64,000 nucleotides of DNA from Azolla caroliniana. Its lineage: Eukaryota > Plantae > Polypodiophyta. Below, in pieces: positions 47,221 to 60,230 of the stretch (its first letter is position 1; each line of letters opens with the position of its first letter). The DNA lies in NCBI GenBank assembly GCA_043228905.1, contig JBHGNT010000014.1:3348001-3412000 (forward strand). Reading direction: 5' to 3'. The position numbers were made by a program, and so were the translations under genes. Under the pieces are notes generated by a model, which had not been told where the DNA came from, searched no databases, and was given only the letters and a program-made list of their open reading frames with translations.

Positions 47221-47995
47221 TTAAATATGACTTACTTCATAAGGTTGTCCACAAAGGACAGAAAGCAATGTGTTACTTGGAATATTTGATAAATGTAGTG
47301 AAGAGACCTAAACTTGAAATCATGTACATGTATTTACATAAAAGAAAATGCAAGTAAAATATCAAGTACTATTCAAATATGTGTGTTTATATTGAAAGTT
47401 TACAACACTTACTATAAGCCTCGATTCCCCATATAGCAAAGGCATCTAAATAATTCATTCATTTACACACTCAGGATCTATCACGTAGGATCAACATGAT
47501 GCCCTACCATGGGCTAGTGTGAGCATATAACACTCGTCTTGGTCATCAACAAGTTGTTCAAAATGTGTTTTATTTTGCATTGTTACTAGGTCATGAAGTA
47601 ATTACCATCACAGAGGTAGTTGATCAACACGTGCATAAAGAACGATATTGAAGTGAAAAGCAATTGTATGTGGGAAACAAGTACTTGAGAGATTGCCTAC
47701 AACGAATCCAAATGAATGGATGTCACATTCTTGTAAAATCAATAAGTGAAGGTGGATGGATAGGCCAAGGAAAATGAAGAATTTGAGGTAGATATATACA
47801 ACACCAATGATGGACAAAGGTGATGGACGGTGTACTGTGAAAAGAAGCTTCAACACAAGTGTTTGATTTAGTCACAATGTTTGCACTTGGAATCACGTTT
47901 TCAACATTTTGCAAAAAGCATCGGTAAAAAAGTGAGGATAGGATGCAATCTTGAATGAATGACGAACCAATAGAAAGGAGCTTTGATTGGCATAC
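46955..47995 (+). repeat. Copy 2 of the ~1-kb dispersed repeat, with a (GA)n microsatellite at 47151-47215
   Basis: Collinear with 44340-45345. Confidence 0.7.
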
Positions 47996-48483
47996 CTTTC
48001 TAATGCTACCCTTCTCCCCTCATCCCCCCCCCCTCTCTAGTTTGTGTTCTACAGAGTGAAAAGGTCAATCGTGGGGTCCGGACAAAAGAGGTTGGTGCAC
48101 CAAGAATCGGAGGTCCATTAAAAGCACGTCTCGACATCGGAAACATCGGAGGAGCCGCTACTAAAAAACACAATTGAATCGGTCGACACTCGATCGAAAA
48201 AGATGTGTGCTCGACAAAGCCTCGGGTGCCGCCGACCCAAGTAAAGAAAGTGTCGAGAAGTAACAAACGGATCGGATCGGATTGTCCGAGAAGCAACAAA
48301 CAGATCGGATTGGATCGGAGTGTCTGAGAATCGGAGAGTGATATTGAGGAATCAAGAGTGAAGGGCCTAGGATTGTTTCTGGCTCTCCTCTTCTTCCTCC
48401 CATTCCTCAAGCCTTGGAAGGAAGGCTGCCTTTAGGCTTCTTTGGTTGGATTGATATACAGTCATACATACATACATATACAT

Positions 48484-48733
48484 ATGGGGATGGGCTCTGC
48501 TCCCCTGATGGTGCTGGTTTTAGCTGCGGCATTGGCTGTTTTGGCGGTTTCTGGGGCCCCCCAGTCGCACTTGGTGGAGGAGCTGCCAGGCCAGGAAGGT
48601 AGCGTGGATTTCCGACAGTATGCAGGCTACATCACCGTTGATTCCAGCGCTGGGCGTGCCCTCTTCTACTACTTTGTCACCACCCCTGATGATGCTCATA
48701 ACAATGACAAGATTACAGATACTGCGAATCATC

Positions 48734-48767
<34 letters not shown>

Positions 48768-51700
48768 TAGTGGCTCTGATCTTCATACTCCCCTCGCACT
48801 CTGGCTCAATGGAGGTTAGTAGCCCTAATGCATTTGGCTACATCAAAGATCATGCTCTTTTTAAATAGATTTCACTGCATTATGTATTGTTTGAACACAA
48901 GAACACCCTTTTTTATTATGGCCTCTTCTTGTTCGATAGGGTTTCATCGTTTGCATTCGTTGCAAGTCACATTGCGTGCGCATTGTGTTCCGTTGTCTTC
49001 TGCCCATGTTTTGGATTGTGATTTTAACATCCTCATTGCAAAACATTTGCCCCTTGTTTCGGTCACAATGCAATGATGAAAATCTGCCTTCTTCAAAGAT
49101 TAGAATAATATAAGCATAAAAGAATCATGAACAAAAGTGAAAGGCAAGACAAAACTAATCACCAAAGAGAACCATGGACTCTCCAGAGTAAGTTAGAAGA
49201 AAAGCCCTGCTAGCAGTGCTTATCTGACCAGGTTTCATTGCATCATTATGATACAAACATTCCATACTGGAGTCATGCCAAGCATTCCTTGTGACACGAT
49301 GAGAAACATTTGCCTCTGTGTTCACTTGGGTGTGTCAATCTTGTAGCCTCACATCAAATCTTGTGTGACAAACTGAATTGGTAACAACGATTGATCATTT
49401 ATGTAACACAGAACCATTTGAAAGACACATTGAATCTTGTCTGTGAAGGCCTGAAACGTTTTCCCCATGTGGAGAAACAAATATGACAAACTCATCAAAT
49501 CGCTCGATATTTTCTGCTAGAATTCGTTTCCATTTCAGTCATGAAAAATATATTCGATGGCCCGGAACACTGGGCCCAACCAAGGGTTTCAAGCTTCCAT
49601 GATACCCACCTTTATGAACTCTATTCCACCCAAGTTGTGTACTCTTGTTTATGTGATGCTCTTTTCCAATCGGTGTGGTATGACAGGCCCAGGATGCTCT
49701 TCAATTGGAGGTGGCGCGTTTACAGAGTTAGGGCCATTCTACCCACGGAGTGATGGAAGGGGATTGATTGTCAACAAGTATGCATGGAATAAAGGTAAGA
49801 AGAAAAAATCTAAGAAAAAAGAGCCAAACAACAATCATCCTTCTTCTTCCATTCATTCATTAGAGATTTTTGGGTAATTTAACATATGTACATAGACACA
49901 CGTGTTTTTCTTAGTTTCCAACATCATATTCTTGGAATCCCCTGCTGGAGTTGGTTGGTCATACTCAAATTCCACTCATGATTATGTTTCTGCTGGGGAT
50001 GGCCCAACTGGTATCGTAGAAATGATATCATTCTCCTTTCTTCACGTAATTTGAGAAGCTGGTATGCTTTTCTCCACTAAAACTAATTAAGAAGCAGGTT
50101 CTTGCAGCTAAAGACACACTATCTTTCCTTGTCGAGTGGTTCAAACTATATCCTGAGTACCGACACCATCCGTTTTACCTCATCGGTGAGAGCTATGCAG
50201 GTGCGGTTCAACATGATATGTTTTAGAATACCATTTGTGAGATTTTTCAGTTGAGAAACAAAAGAGAAAACAGAAAGAAAATCAAGTCTTGTATTTCTCT
50301 ATGGCAGGACATTATATTCCACAGTTGGCATCTCTTTTGGTTTCCTACAAAGGCAAAGATGGGTTCGAGTTCAACCTTAAAGGAATTGCTGTAAGACCAT
50401 CACATGTGTTTTTTTTAACACTAGACTCTTCATCTAACTGATATTTTATGGTAACGTTGCAGATTGGGAACCCTCTTTTACGGCTGTCTGTTGACTTGTT
50501 GTCAACCTACACATATCTTTGGTCACACGGCATCATCCCTGATGTTGTCTACAATGACATTCAAAAGTTGTGTGGCTTTGAAAACTTTGTGCTGAATATT
50601 GGACACAACAATGTGAGTGAGAACTGCTATAATTTGCTCAATCTTGCGGATAATGAAATCGGCAACTATATCAACAATTATGATGTGATTTTGGATGTAT
50701 GCTACCCGGCACTCATAGAACAGGAGTTACGACTCCGGAAGAAGGTTTGCAATCATATGTATGTAATATATAATATGATCTAAGATTTGTATAATGTTGG
50801 ATGAAGACAATGGTGAATCATATACTATTTCAGATTGAAATTATCACTTGGCCACAATGATGAAGGTTTGTTTATTTTGGGTTGAAATCCATCATTCGGC
50901 AGTTGTCTGAACAACTGATCTAGCATTAGATTGGAATATTTAGAAATTTATCCTACTGTGATTCCTTGGACATATGGATTCATATGAACTTCTGTAGGTT
51001 GAGCCAGGGCATACCTAACTAGGTTTGCAAAGCGTTAATCATAGGACCCCCTAATGTTCAATATAAACTTCTTGTGTGCCTTCCTTATGTAAAAGAACAG
51101 CATTGCTTTAATTGTTTGTGTTGAAAATTGCTGGAAAATATGCGTGAAAGTTGGTTCTTTCCTTGTTGAAGGAAAAGTACTTAATTTCTGGCATTTACTG
51201 TAAAAGAACTTGTTTTCCCTTTGGAGTTATTGTGTCTGTGTGAAGATTTGATGTAGAACTTCTATGTGTCAATTTTTCTCTTTGAATGTATTTTGGTTCT
51301 TGTGTGTATTTGATAAAAAACTTCTATGTGTTTCCATGCAACAATTTGATGCAGATAGCGCAAATAAGTGAAGGTGTAGATGTTTGTATTACCAGTGAGA
51401 GAAACTTCTACTTAAATTTGCCTGAAGTCCAAAAGGCGCTTCATGCAAATGTGACAGCATTACCATATCCGTGGTCTGTATGCAGCAGGTAGCCTTAATA
51501 TTTAGTGCTTTCTTGTTTTCTCTATATTTTTCCAACTATTTATTTGAAGTAAAGTCACATCTCTCATGTGAAGTAGTTTGTTTCTGTGATTTAAAATATA
51601 ATCGGAAATATGGCTTTTATTTGCATGCCGCAAGCCAGTAATAGAGGAGCCATAGATTTTCAACGTTGTTGTATATTCTGGTTTTCCGTACCACACTAGG

Positions 51701-52583
51701 TCACCTCTCGGTCGGTGTACCTGTCATAGTCATCTGCTCCTAGATCGTTAAGGTTTAAGACAACCTACAAAAAAGAAATCTAACATTTTAATTGCATTTC
51801 AGGTTACTAAATTACAGTTCTGAAGATCCTAAGATTGATATGCTGCCAATTTTGAAGTTTCTGCATGAACAAGGTCTTCGGATTTTGATATTCAGGTTGA
51901 TATTTTACATTGATTATTCTCTTATTCTTGTGTGGGTGTCTCATACATACATATACATGTACATACGCATGGATACATTTATGGATATGGACGTGGGCAT
52001 CCATTCATCATATCCATAAATGTGTCCATGTCCATTACCATTTCCATGCCCATGTCCATTACCATTTCCATGCCCATGTCCATATTCATAACTGCATCCA
52101 TATCTACACACATATTATGCAATGCATGTTCAACTATTCTTTTAGTTCTGACACTTGGCGACAATGTGTAACTTCTGAGAAAAAACAACACTCCAATGTA
52201 GTTAATGTCAATTAATATGACATCACAGCGGTGATCAGGATGCCGTGGTTCCTTTGATTGGAACAAGGACCATAATTGGTGAACTTGCAAGGGATCTCCA
52301 TCTACAAACTTCGATCCCTTATAGTGCGTGGTATGAGAATCATCAGGTATATATGAACTGTTGATAAATGGTCAATGGACACCGGTGACAAAAGAAAAAC
52401 ATGTCATCAGATGTTGTTTCTCATGAACAGGTTGCAGGTTGGGCAATTTCTTATGGAGAGAACTTAACATTTGCAACGGTGCGAGGGGCAGCACACATGG
52501 TTCCTTATGCTCAACCGGCACGAGCATTGGTAATGTTCAAAAGCTTTATCAATGACCAAAGACTTCCATCACATGAACATTAA
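48484..52583 (+). CDS. SCPL42: Serine carboxypeptidase-like protein, clade II (SCPL42-like), 10 exons
   Basis: Exons 48484-48814, 49687-49794, 49915-50010, 50108-50200, 50308-50390, 50463-50744, 51355-51488, 51803-51895, 52229-52346, 52431-52583, all GT-AG. Signal peptide, [31 protein letters not shown], catalytic GESYAG / GDQD / AAHMVP, and the SCPL42-type [17 protein letters not shown]. Confidence 0.93.
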
Positions 52584-53120
52584 TACATGTAACATACTTT
52601 GGAAAATGCTACATTTGGTGGAAAGCATTCATAGTCCACATGACCTTGTTCTTGTATGATATGGATACTCCTATCAACTTCAATGACATCTTGGAATGTG
52701 TTTAATAACAGTGATGCTCTTGAAATATTTGCCCACATTCCTATTTTATGCTGGTATCATTTCATAGATCTGGCCAATGTTTGCTTGATAGGTGGGAGTG
52801 TATTATAGTTGTAGAATTTACTGAAGATACAGGATGGGATATGATTAATTTTGTTCATGTCAATGAAGATGGGGCATGGCATTCTCATTAAAATGGTCTT
52901 GATTTTGCTAGAAGATGATATTGAGGTTCTAGGGCTGTAGGAATCAATAATCATTTTGTCACATATGAATCTATGATTGATGATGTGGGGACTATCGGTG
53001 TCAGTCTATGAAATATTCTTGAATCTTAAGTGGTCTCGTGCTTGAAAACCTAGCAAACATTTTCCTTAGATGGAGAATTATTGAAAGAGGAAGTTCCCCA
53101 TGCAGTCTCTATCCCCCACT

Positions 53121-53591
53121 TGTTAAGAGTCTATTACTAATCAATAGACCAAATCAAGTAAAAAGGAAGAAAATAGATTGGATAGAAGAACCCGTTCCAC
53201 CCGACCACCCCCGAGCTATGATCTAGACATAGCCAACCTACCACCGACGTCCCATACCGCCGGATATTAGGATGACTAATACCTTGGAAGAGATAAACAC
53301 GATCGTCGAGACGAAAGCCTAGCCCGCACCACCGGTGTCTACGACAGCAGCCTTCCGACGTGATCCTTATGAGGGTAGCTAAGCCTCATATTTATACCTT
53401 TTCCTAGGCCCCTTGAATAGATGTGCCTTTCTAAAAGGCTCTCTATTCATTGGTTGTCTAAATCATGATAGTGCATGCACATATCATTCATTCTATCCAA
53501 TCATTAGTCCCCTTTTTAATAATAGTGAACATACCCTTCACTAATGTAAATATTAGTGACCTACCCTCACCAACGTTATGTGTACATAACA
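53121..53591 (-). repeat. 3' LTR of gypsy 53121-60230
   Basis: TG...CA termini; matches 59760-60230. Confidence 0.95.
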
Positions 53592-53598
53592 TACTCCC

Positions 53599-56500
53599 CT
53601 ACTTCAAAAGATTGCACTCTTGCAATATAAAGTGAGGAAATTGTGCCTTAAGCGAATGCTCGCGTTCCCATGTGGCATCATCAATAGGTTTATCCATCCA
53701 TTTGATCTTGAATAGCCGAATCTCTTTAGAACGTAAACGTTTAGTACGAGAATCAATAATTCGTTCAGGAACATGAGGTTTGTAAGAAAAATCCTCTAAT
53801 GTTACAAGATCTTGGATTGTGATGGTGTTATCACCAGAGCCTAAAAATGGTTTTAGACGACTGACGTGAAAAACAGGATGAATACCAACGTTACGAGGTA
53901 AGGCAAGGTGATAAGCAGATGACCCAACTCGCTTAAGGATTTCAAATGGGCCACAATATCGTGGGGCTAACTTAGCGCACTTGCCCGTAGATAATGACGT
54001 AGAATCAGTCGGGACACGCAAAAAAACTTTTTGACCAATAGTAAATGCACGAGGACGTCTATCCTGAACAGCATAAAATCGAGCACGATCTTGAGCTGTC
54101 TTGACATTTTCTTTGGCAATATGCAACATTTGGTTCATGTCTTGCAAAAAATTGCGTGTACTGTCTAATGTATCACGATGAATCGTGACATCAACTGGGG
54201 CACGTGGCTGAAAACCATACATCAACATAAAAGGACTATATCCAGTGGATGTATGTTTAGAGCTATTATAGGCAAATTCTAAGATAGGAAGGTATTGCTC
54301 CCACTTAGAAGGGGTTTTTGCTACATAAGCTCGAAGCATGTCCTCAATAATTTGATTAACTCGTTCAGTTTGTCCATCAGACTGAGGATGATCTGCGGAA
54401 CTCATGCTCAACGTAGTTTCTAGTTTCTTAAAGACCTGAGTCCAAAAGTCACTAGTAAACTTGGAATCTCGATCACTAACAATATCCATTGGTAATCCAT
54501 AAAAACGAAATAACTCATCAACAAATTGATAAGCCAACTGTTGAGCGGTTACCGTGGTTTTTGTAGGAATAAATCTAGCTAATTTTGTTAGCCTGTCAAC
54601 GACAACCCATATGGCATCATGACTCCTCTGTGTACGAGGTAAACTAACAATAAAATCCATCGAGATACTTTCCCATTTATTGTTGGGAATATCTAAGGGA
54701 TGTAAAAGACCAGCAGCTTTAAGTCGTTCCGACTTATTAATCTGACATTGTAAGCATTGAGTTACGTATTTATGCACGTCAGAGCTCATCTTAGGCCAGA
54801 AAAAAGTACACGAGATGAGAACGAGTGTGCGTTGTATTCCAGGATGACCAGCAGATGGTGCATCATGACATTCATGAAAAATTTTCTGTTTAACATTTGG
54901 TAAATCTGGAACACAGACCTTTCCACTACGGTAGAGCAAACCGTTTGTAATGTGAAAGGTCGCCTTCGAGGGTAGGGTGCTAGTATCGGCATCTAAACCA
55001 GATTCGGCTTTCGTCCAGTATTTTGAGAAATAACTGTCATCAAGGTATTTCCCTCGAAGGTGATCTAAAAGATCAGATTTTATTTCCGTGAAGCTAAGCA
55101 TGTTAACTTCTTTAATGCGACTAAGAGCATCAGCAACGGTGTTCATAGAACCCTTGCGATATCGTATGGAAAAATCAAAAACTTGCATAAGGTCAGCCCA
55201 ACGGCCTTTACGACCAACAAGATCGGGCTGGTCACAAAAATACTTTAATGATTGATGGTCTGTTGTAACCACAAATTTATTTCCATAGAGATAGTGCCTC
55301 CATGTTTTAAGTGTGTGTATTACCGCAAACAACTCTTTCTCTTGAACCGAATACCGAGATTGAGCAGCATCAAGCTTCTTACTTTCAAAAGCAATAGGGT
55401 GACCACCTTGATAAAGAACGGCACCAATAGCATAATCACTAGCATCGGTTTCAATTGAGAAAGGCTTAGAAGGGTCTGGTAATAGAAGAGTGGGAGCCTG
55501 ACACACATGCTCCTTGAGTGTCTCAAATGATTTGTCAAGTTGTTCATTCCATGAAATTGGTTTGACAGACTTACGTGGATGACCTTTTAAAAGGTCAGTT
55601 AATGGCGTAGTCAATTTGGAATAGTTACGAATTGATTTTCGTAAAAATCCAACAAACCCTAAGAATGATCTAAGTTCACGAATATTACGAGGAATGGGCC
55701 AAAGTTTAACCTTTTCAATACGAGAAGGTTCAATTTCAACGCCATTTTCTGTAATTAAATGACCTAGGTACACAATAGATTTTTGGAAGAAGTCACATTT
55801 TGAATGTTTTGCATAGAAAGAGTTGCCACGCAACTTTCGCAAAACAAATCGAACATGTTGAACATGATCTTGCAAGGTACGGCTATATATCAAAATATCA
55901 TCCAAGAAGACGACAACAAAATCACCGAGTTGATCTCGGAAAACATCATTCATCGCTTGTTGGAATGTGGCTGGAGCATTAGCCAACCCAAATGGCATGA
56001 CTAAAAACTCATAATGGCCATAGCGCGTACGAAAAGCGGTTTTAGGAATATCATCCTCGGCGATGCGAATCTGATGATAACCAGTTCGTAAGTCAATTTT
56101 CGTAAAATATCGAGCCCCGTGCAAACGATCAATCAAATCATCGGCACGAGGTAATGGATATGCATTCTTAATTGTCATTTTATTCAAACGGCGATAATTG
56201 ATACACATTCGCCACGAACCTTCCTTCTTCTTGACTAATAGAACTGGCGCACCCCAAGGTGATTTACTATACCTAATGTGGCCCATACTCAAGTATTCCT
56301 TAAGTTGTTTAGCGATCTCATCCTCTTCTAATCGACTAAGTCGGTAAGGTGGAATGCTCACAGGAGCAGCCCCAGGGATGAGTTCAATTTGATGGTCCAC
56401 ATTACGTTTAGGTGGTAAAGTAAGCGGTAATTCAGTAGGAAACACATCTTGAAAATCCTCTAAAATAGAGTCGAGTAATCGTTGCTCAAAATGTGGTAAT

Positions 56501-58002
56501 TGTGTGGCGTCAATATTAAAATAATAAAATTGAACCGCAGGATCAATTACACACGAATAAATTAATGAACTAGAATACTCACTTAAAGATTTAGAAGACA
56601 CAAGTGAATGAGAAGGAAGTTTGGAACATTGAATAAAATGTTTACAATTATTAAGTTCAAATGTGATTGAGTGATTAACCCAATCAATGGACAAAGAAGG
56701 GTTTTTATTAAAAAATCAAGGATATCCTAAAATGACATATGCGGATTGTAATTTCATAACATGAAAGTCAAGCTTCTCCAAATAAGTATCTATTTGAATT
56801 GGCAGTTGACAAACAATGCCACTGATGTATTGAACGTTTCCATTTGCCATGTGAACTTGATAGATATGATCACTTGCGTTTATGTGGAGCTCCATTTGCT
56901 GCACAAAGTGATCATTAAGAAAATTGTGAGAACTACCGGAATCAAACAAGAAATGTGCTTGTGTTCCATTGATATATCCGACTGCTCGGAGTAAATCATT
57001 AGGTCCAAGTAAATGTGAAGGAAAAGTGCATTCACATAAACTTAAGTGATTGGTATGAACTTCAACAATATCAAAAGACTCACCTGTGTGACTCGTAGAT
57101 TTGTCTTGAGGAGGGGTGTTCATTGACTTCCTCTCAAGACGACGACAGGTATCCTTTGTGTGGCCCCGCTTCTTGCAATATGCACAGAAGAGGTTCGGTT
57201 TCTTTGAGTCGCGGTCAAGAGTGTCACTGGATTGCTTACGTTTCCCAATGAACTTGACATTCGGAGTTTTGGCGAACTCAGGTTTATTGTGGTCTTTCTT
57301 GGAAGTCCTATGGTATCGCAGCACAATGTTGACGGCTTCCTCGAAAGTTGTGGGGTCCTTGTCATGGACAATCCAATGATAATCCCCATTGGGAATACCA
57401 TTCAAAAAACAAGCGACAAACCATTTCTCACCCGTAAGTCCCGATTTTTGGATCTGGGTCCGAGCGTGATGCACATAATCCTCGAGAGAGGTAAATGGCT
57501 TACTAGACAATGTGAGCAAGTGTTGCGCTTGTTCGGTTTGAGAAGGTGGCTGCAAGAATTGTTTCTTAAAAACATCAACGAAACCTTCCCAAGTTGTGGG
57601 TAAGTTTTTTGCAGTCCTTAGGCCACGCCACCAAGCAGCAGCTCGGCCACCTAACTCACGACCGACATAACCAATTTTTACTGCATCGGGCTTGGGATGA
57701 AGCTCAAAGTGAGACTCCCAACGACCAAGCCAAGTGCTAATGGCCTCCTCGGTTCTTTCTTTCTTATCTCCCTTGAAAGGCGTGACTACGAAGGAAGGTT
57801 CACCTTCTTTCTTGGACTCAATAGTTAATTCTTGGAATTTCTTTTCCAATGCCATATTGGCCTGTCTCATTTCGGCCAATTGATTCAAGGTAGTAGTGAG
57901 CAATTGCTCAATAGTGATCTCAGCTTGTGTGCGAGATGCGGATTGGGGTTGAGAGGTCTCATTTGGAGAGATCGTTCCAACTGCGTTCAAAACTTGTTCC
58001 AT
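53599..58002 (-). CDS. Gypsy gag-pol polyprotein with chromodomain; one in-frame TGA at 56716-56718
   Basis: ORFs 56716-58002 and 53599-56694 share a frame. CAYCKKRGHTKDTC, LFDSGSSHNF, VFLDDILIYS, ETDASDYAIG, HPQSDGQTER, and a C-terminal chromodomain PERIIDSR..KIKW..DATWE. Confidence 0.92.
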
Positions 58003-59000
58003 GATGCACGCTGTGGGTATGCAATAAAATAAGGAGGTTCAGAAAATACACAAGCAAAATGAATGCTTGAAATTTTGATTGAAAGAACTTTATCCAAGAA
58101 AGTATCTCATGTCTTTACCCCTCTAGACATATGAGATGTGATTCGAGATCCGATAACGATGGTAACACTATGGTGTTTTAAAAACCATGGGGGAAAACAT
58201 AGCTAAGATGTATTTCTCGGATCTCTATCTTGAGTAATCATGGCGGCTCCCCGAGGCTCAACCATGGTTCTTACATCAATGAAATTTCCTAGATAGCCTT
58301 ATATTAATGCCAACCCATCATGTATTATATGGTCGAGAAAGTGTATTACGTGAAAAAACAAGTGCACTCACAAGTAATATTCTAGTCTTGCGAGCAATAA
58401 GCAAACGTGATGATAAAATGATAAAATAAGGCACTACTCATAAGAGTTAAGTAGTGACGAAAACAAGGGTAAAAAAAAAAAGAACCCATGTGTTACCTAC
58501 GAAAAAAACAATGTCACAAATAAATGGGAAGTGCAAGGTATGCACATATACATCCCAATATGATTGTTATAACTTCCACAATTGTGACATAAGCCACAAA
58601 TTGATACAAGTGATGACGGTGTTGTGCGCAAAGATGTAATACTCAAATCCATGAGTAAAACATTAATAAGGGAACTCATATGGTTTTACTCGTTTTCTAA
58701 GGCTTGATGATAAGAGTTAAACCTAGATGACCCGTTGAAAAAAAAAATCGTTCAACAAGCCACTCCATACGAAAAAAATAGTCTACACGTAAAGGTTACA
58801 TTAAAAATAAACGATGTAAATACTTTATACATGAAAAGGAAGTGGAAAAAGGAGAGTTAATTGTGGGCGGGTAAATAATAATTACTAGAAAATCATATAA
58901 GTGAAACAATACTTATGAAATTAAAATTTAATTAGAATAATCAACAATTAGGTGTATGGAATCAAACATGCCCTAAGATACGAAACCCTAGGGTAGTTGA

Positions 59001-59330
59001 CATGCACCTCCTCAAGACCACCACATATCCCTAGAATCGGCCAAGTAATGGCTAATTAAAGAGGAAAGTGGCATAGGTAAGTGACATATACCTCGTCAAG
59101 GCCACATCATCCCTTAGAATCGGCCAATTGATGGCTAATTAAAAAGGAAAGTGGCATATGTAAGCTACATATACCTTGTCAAGGCCACAACATCCCATAG
59201 AATCGGCCAATTGATGGCTTAATAGAGAGTAGAGTGGCATAGGTAGGCAACATACACCTCGTCAAGGCCACATCATCCCTTAGAATCGGCCAAGTGATGG
59301 CTCAATAGAGGGGAAGAGTGGTATACTCAA
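59001..59330. repeat. Tandem array, 4 x ~83 bp, in the retrotransposon 5' leader
   Basis: Units start at about 59001, 59085, 59168, 59251 (CATAyACCTCGTCAAGGCCACATCATCCCTTAGAATCGGCCAA..GTGGCATA). Confidence 0.9.
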
Positions 59331-59759
59331 CATCATATGCAAAACGGCCATGAGATAAGCGTGTGCGATTAGAGCAAACACGCTCGACCCAATGCACAAG
59401 AATAATTATTATCGTAAGAGTTCAAGAGAGGAGAGAGTGGGATATATATCGCAATATGCAAAAGGCCATGAGTTGAGCGTGTGCGATTAGTGCAAACACG
59501 CTCGGCCCAATGCATAATAATAAGTAAAATCGTAGCGTAGTAGGAGGTAGAAAGAAAGAGAATAAAACGTAATACCAATTTGATTCGACCATAAAGAACG
59601 CATAATAGAAAAAGAGAAGAGATCAAAAAAGAAGAATACCGGGTTTAGAGTGTTGTTTTGATCCTGAGAAGAGCATGACGAGCCTTGTTAGATCCCCCTC
59701 GCTCACACGCAAAAACATCAAAACAACAAAAAAATTGTTAGTAAAAGCTCTGATACCAC

Positions 59760-60230
59760 TGTTAAGAGTCTATTACTAATCAATAGACCAAATCAAGTAA
59801 AAAGGAAGAAAATAGATTGGATAGAAGAACCCGTTCCACCCGACCACCCCCGAGCTATGATCTAGACATAGCCAACCTACCACCGACGTCCCATACCGCC
59901 GGATATTAGGATGACTAATACCTTGGAAGAGATAAACACGATCGTCGAGACGAAAGCCTAGCCCGCACCACCGGTGTCTACGACAGCAGCCTTCCGACGT
60001 GATCCTTATGAGGGTAGCTAAGCCTCATATTTATACCTTTTCCTAGGCCCCTTGAATAGATGTGCCTTTCTAAAAGGCTCTCTATTCATTGGTTGTCTAA
60101 ATCATGATAGTGCATGCACATATCATTCATTCTATCCAATCATTAGTCCCCTTTTTAATAATAGTGAACATACCCTTCACTAATGTAAATATTAGTGACC
60201 TACCCTCACCAACGTTATGTGTACATAACA
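59760..60230 (-). repeat. 5' LTR of gypsy 53121-60230
   Basis: TG...CA termini; adjacent to the iMet PBS. Confidence 0.95.

Larger units (their letters stand above)
53121..60230 (-). mobile_element. Ty3/gypsy chromovirus, full length, very recent insertion
   Basis: 471-bp LTRs 53121-53591 and 59760-60230 with no mismatch seen by eye. TSD CCACT. PBS TGGTATCAGAGC at 59747-59758. PPT GAAGTAGGGGAG. Order gag-PR-RT-RH-INT-chromodomain. Confidence 0.97.

Noticed and set aside
51930-52120. His- or Met-rich small ORFs inside an SCPL intron
   Set aside because: Products of a degenerate CCATGT/CCATAT hexamer repeat within intron 8; no coding evidence.
59001-59330. Tandem hammerhead ribozymes (retrozyme-like)
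   Set aside because: No CTGANGA core followed by stem II, GAAA and a UH cleavage site on either strand; TTGATGG..GAAA is only superficially similar.
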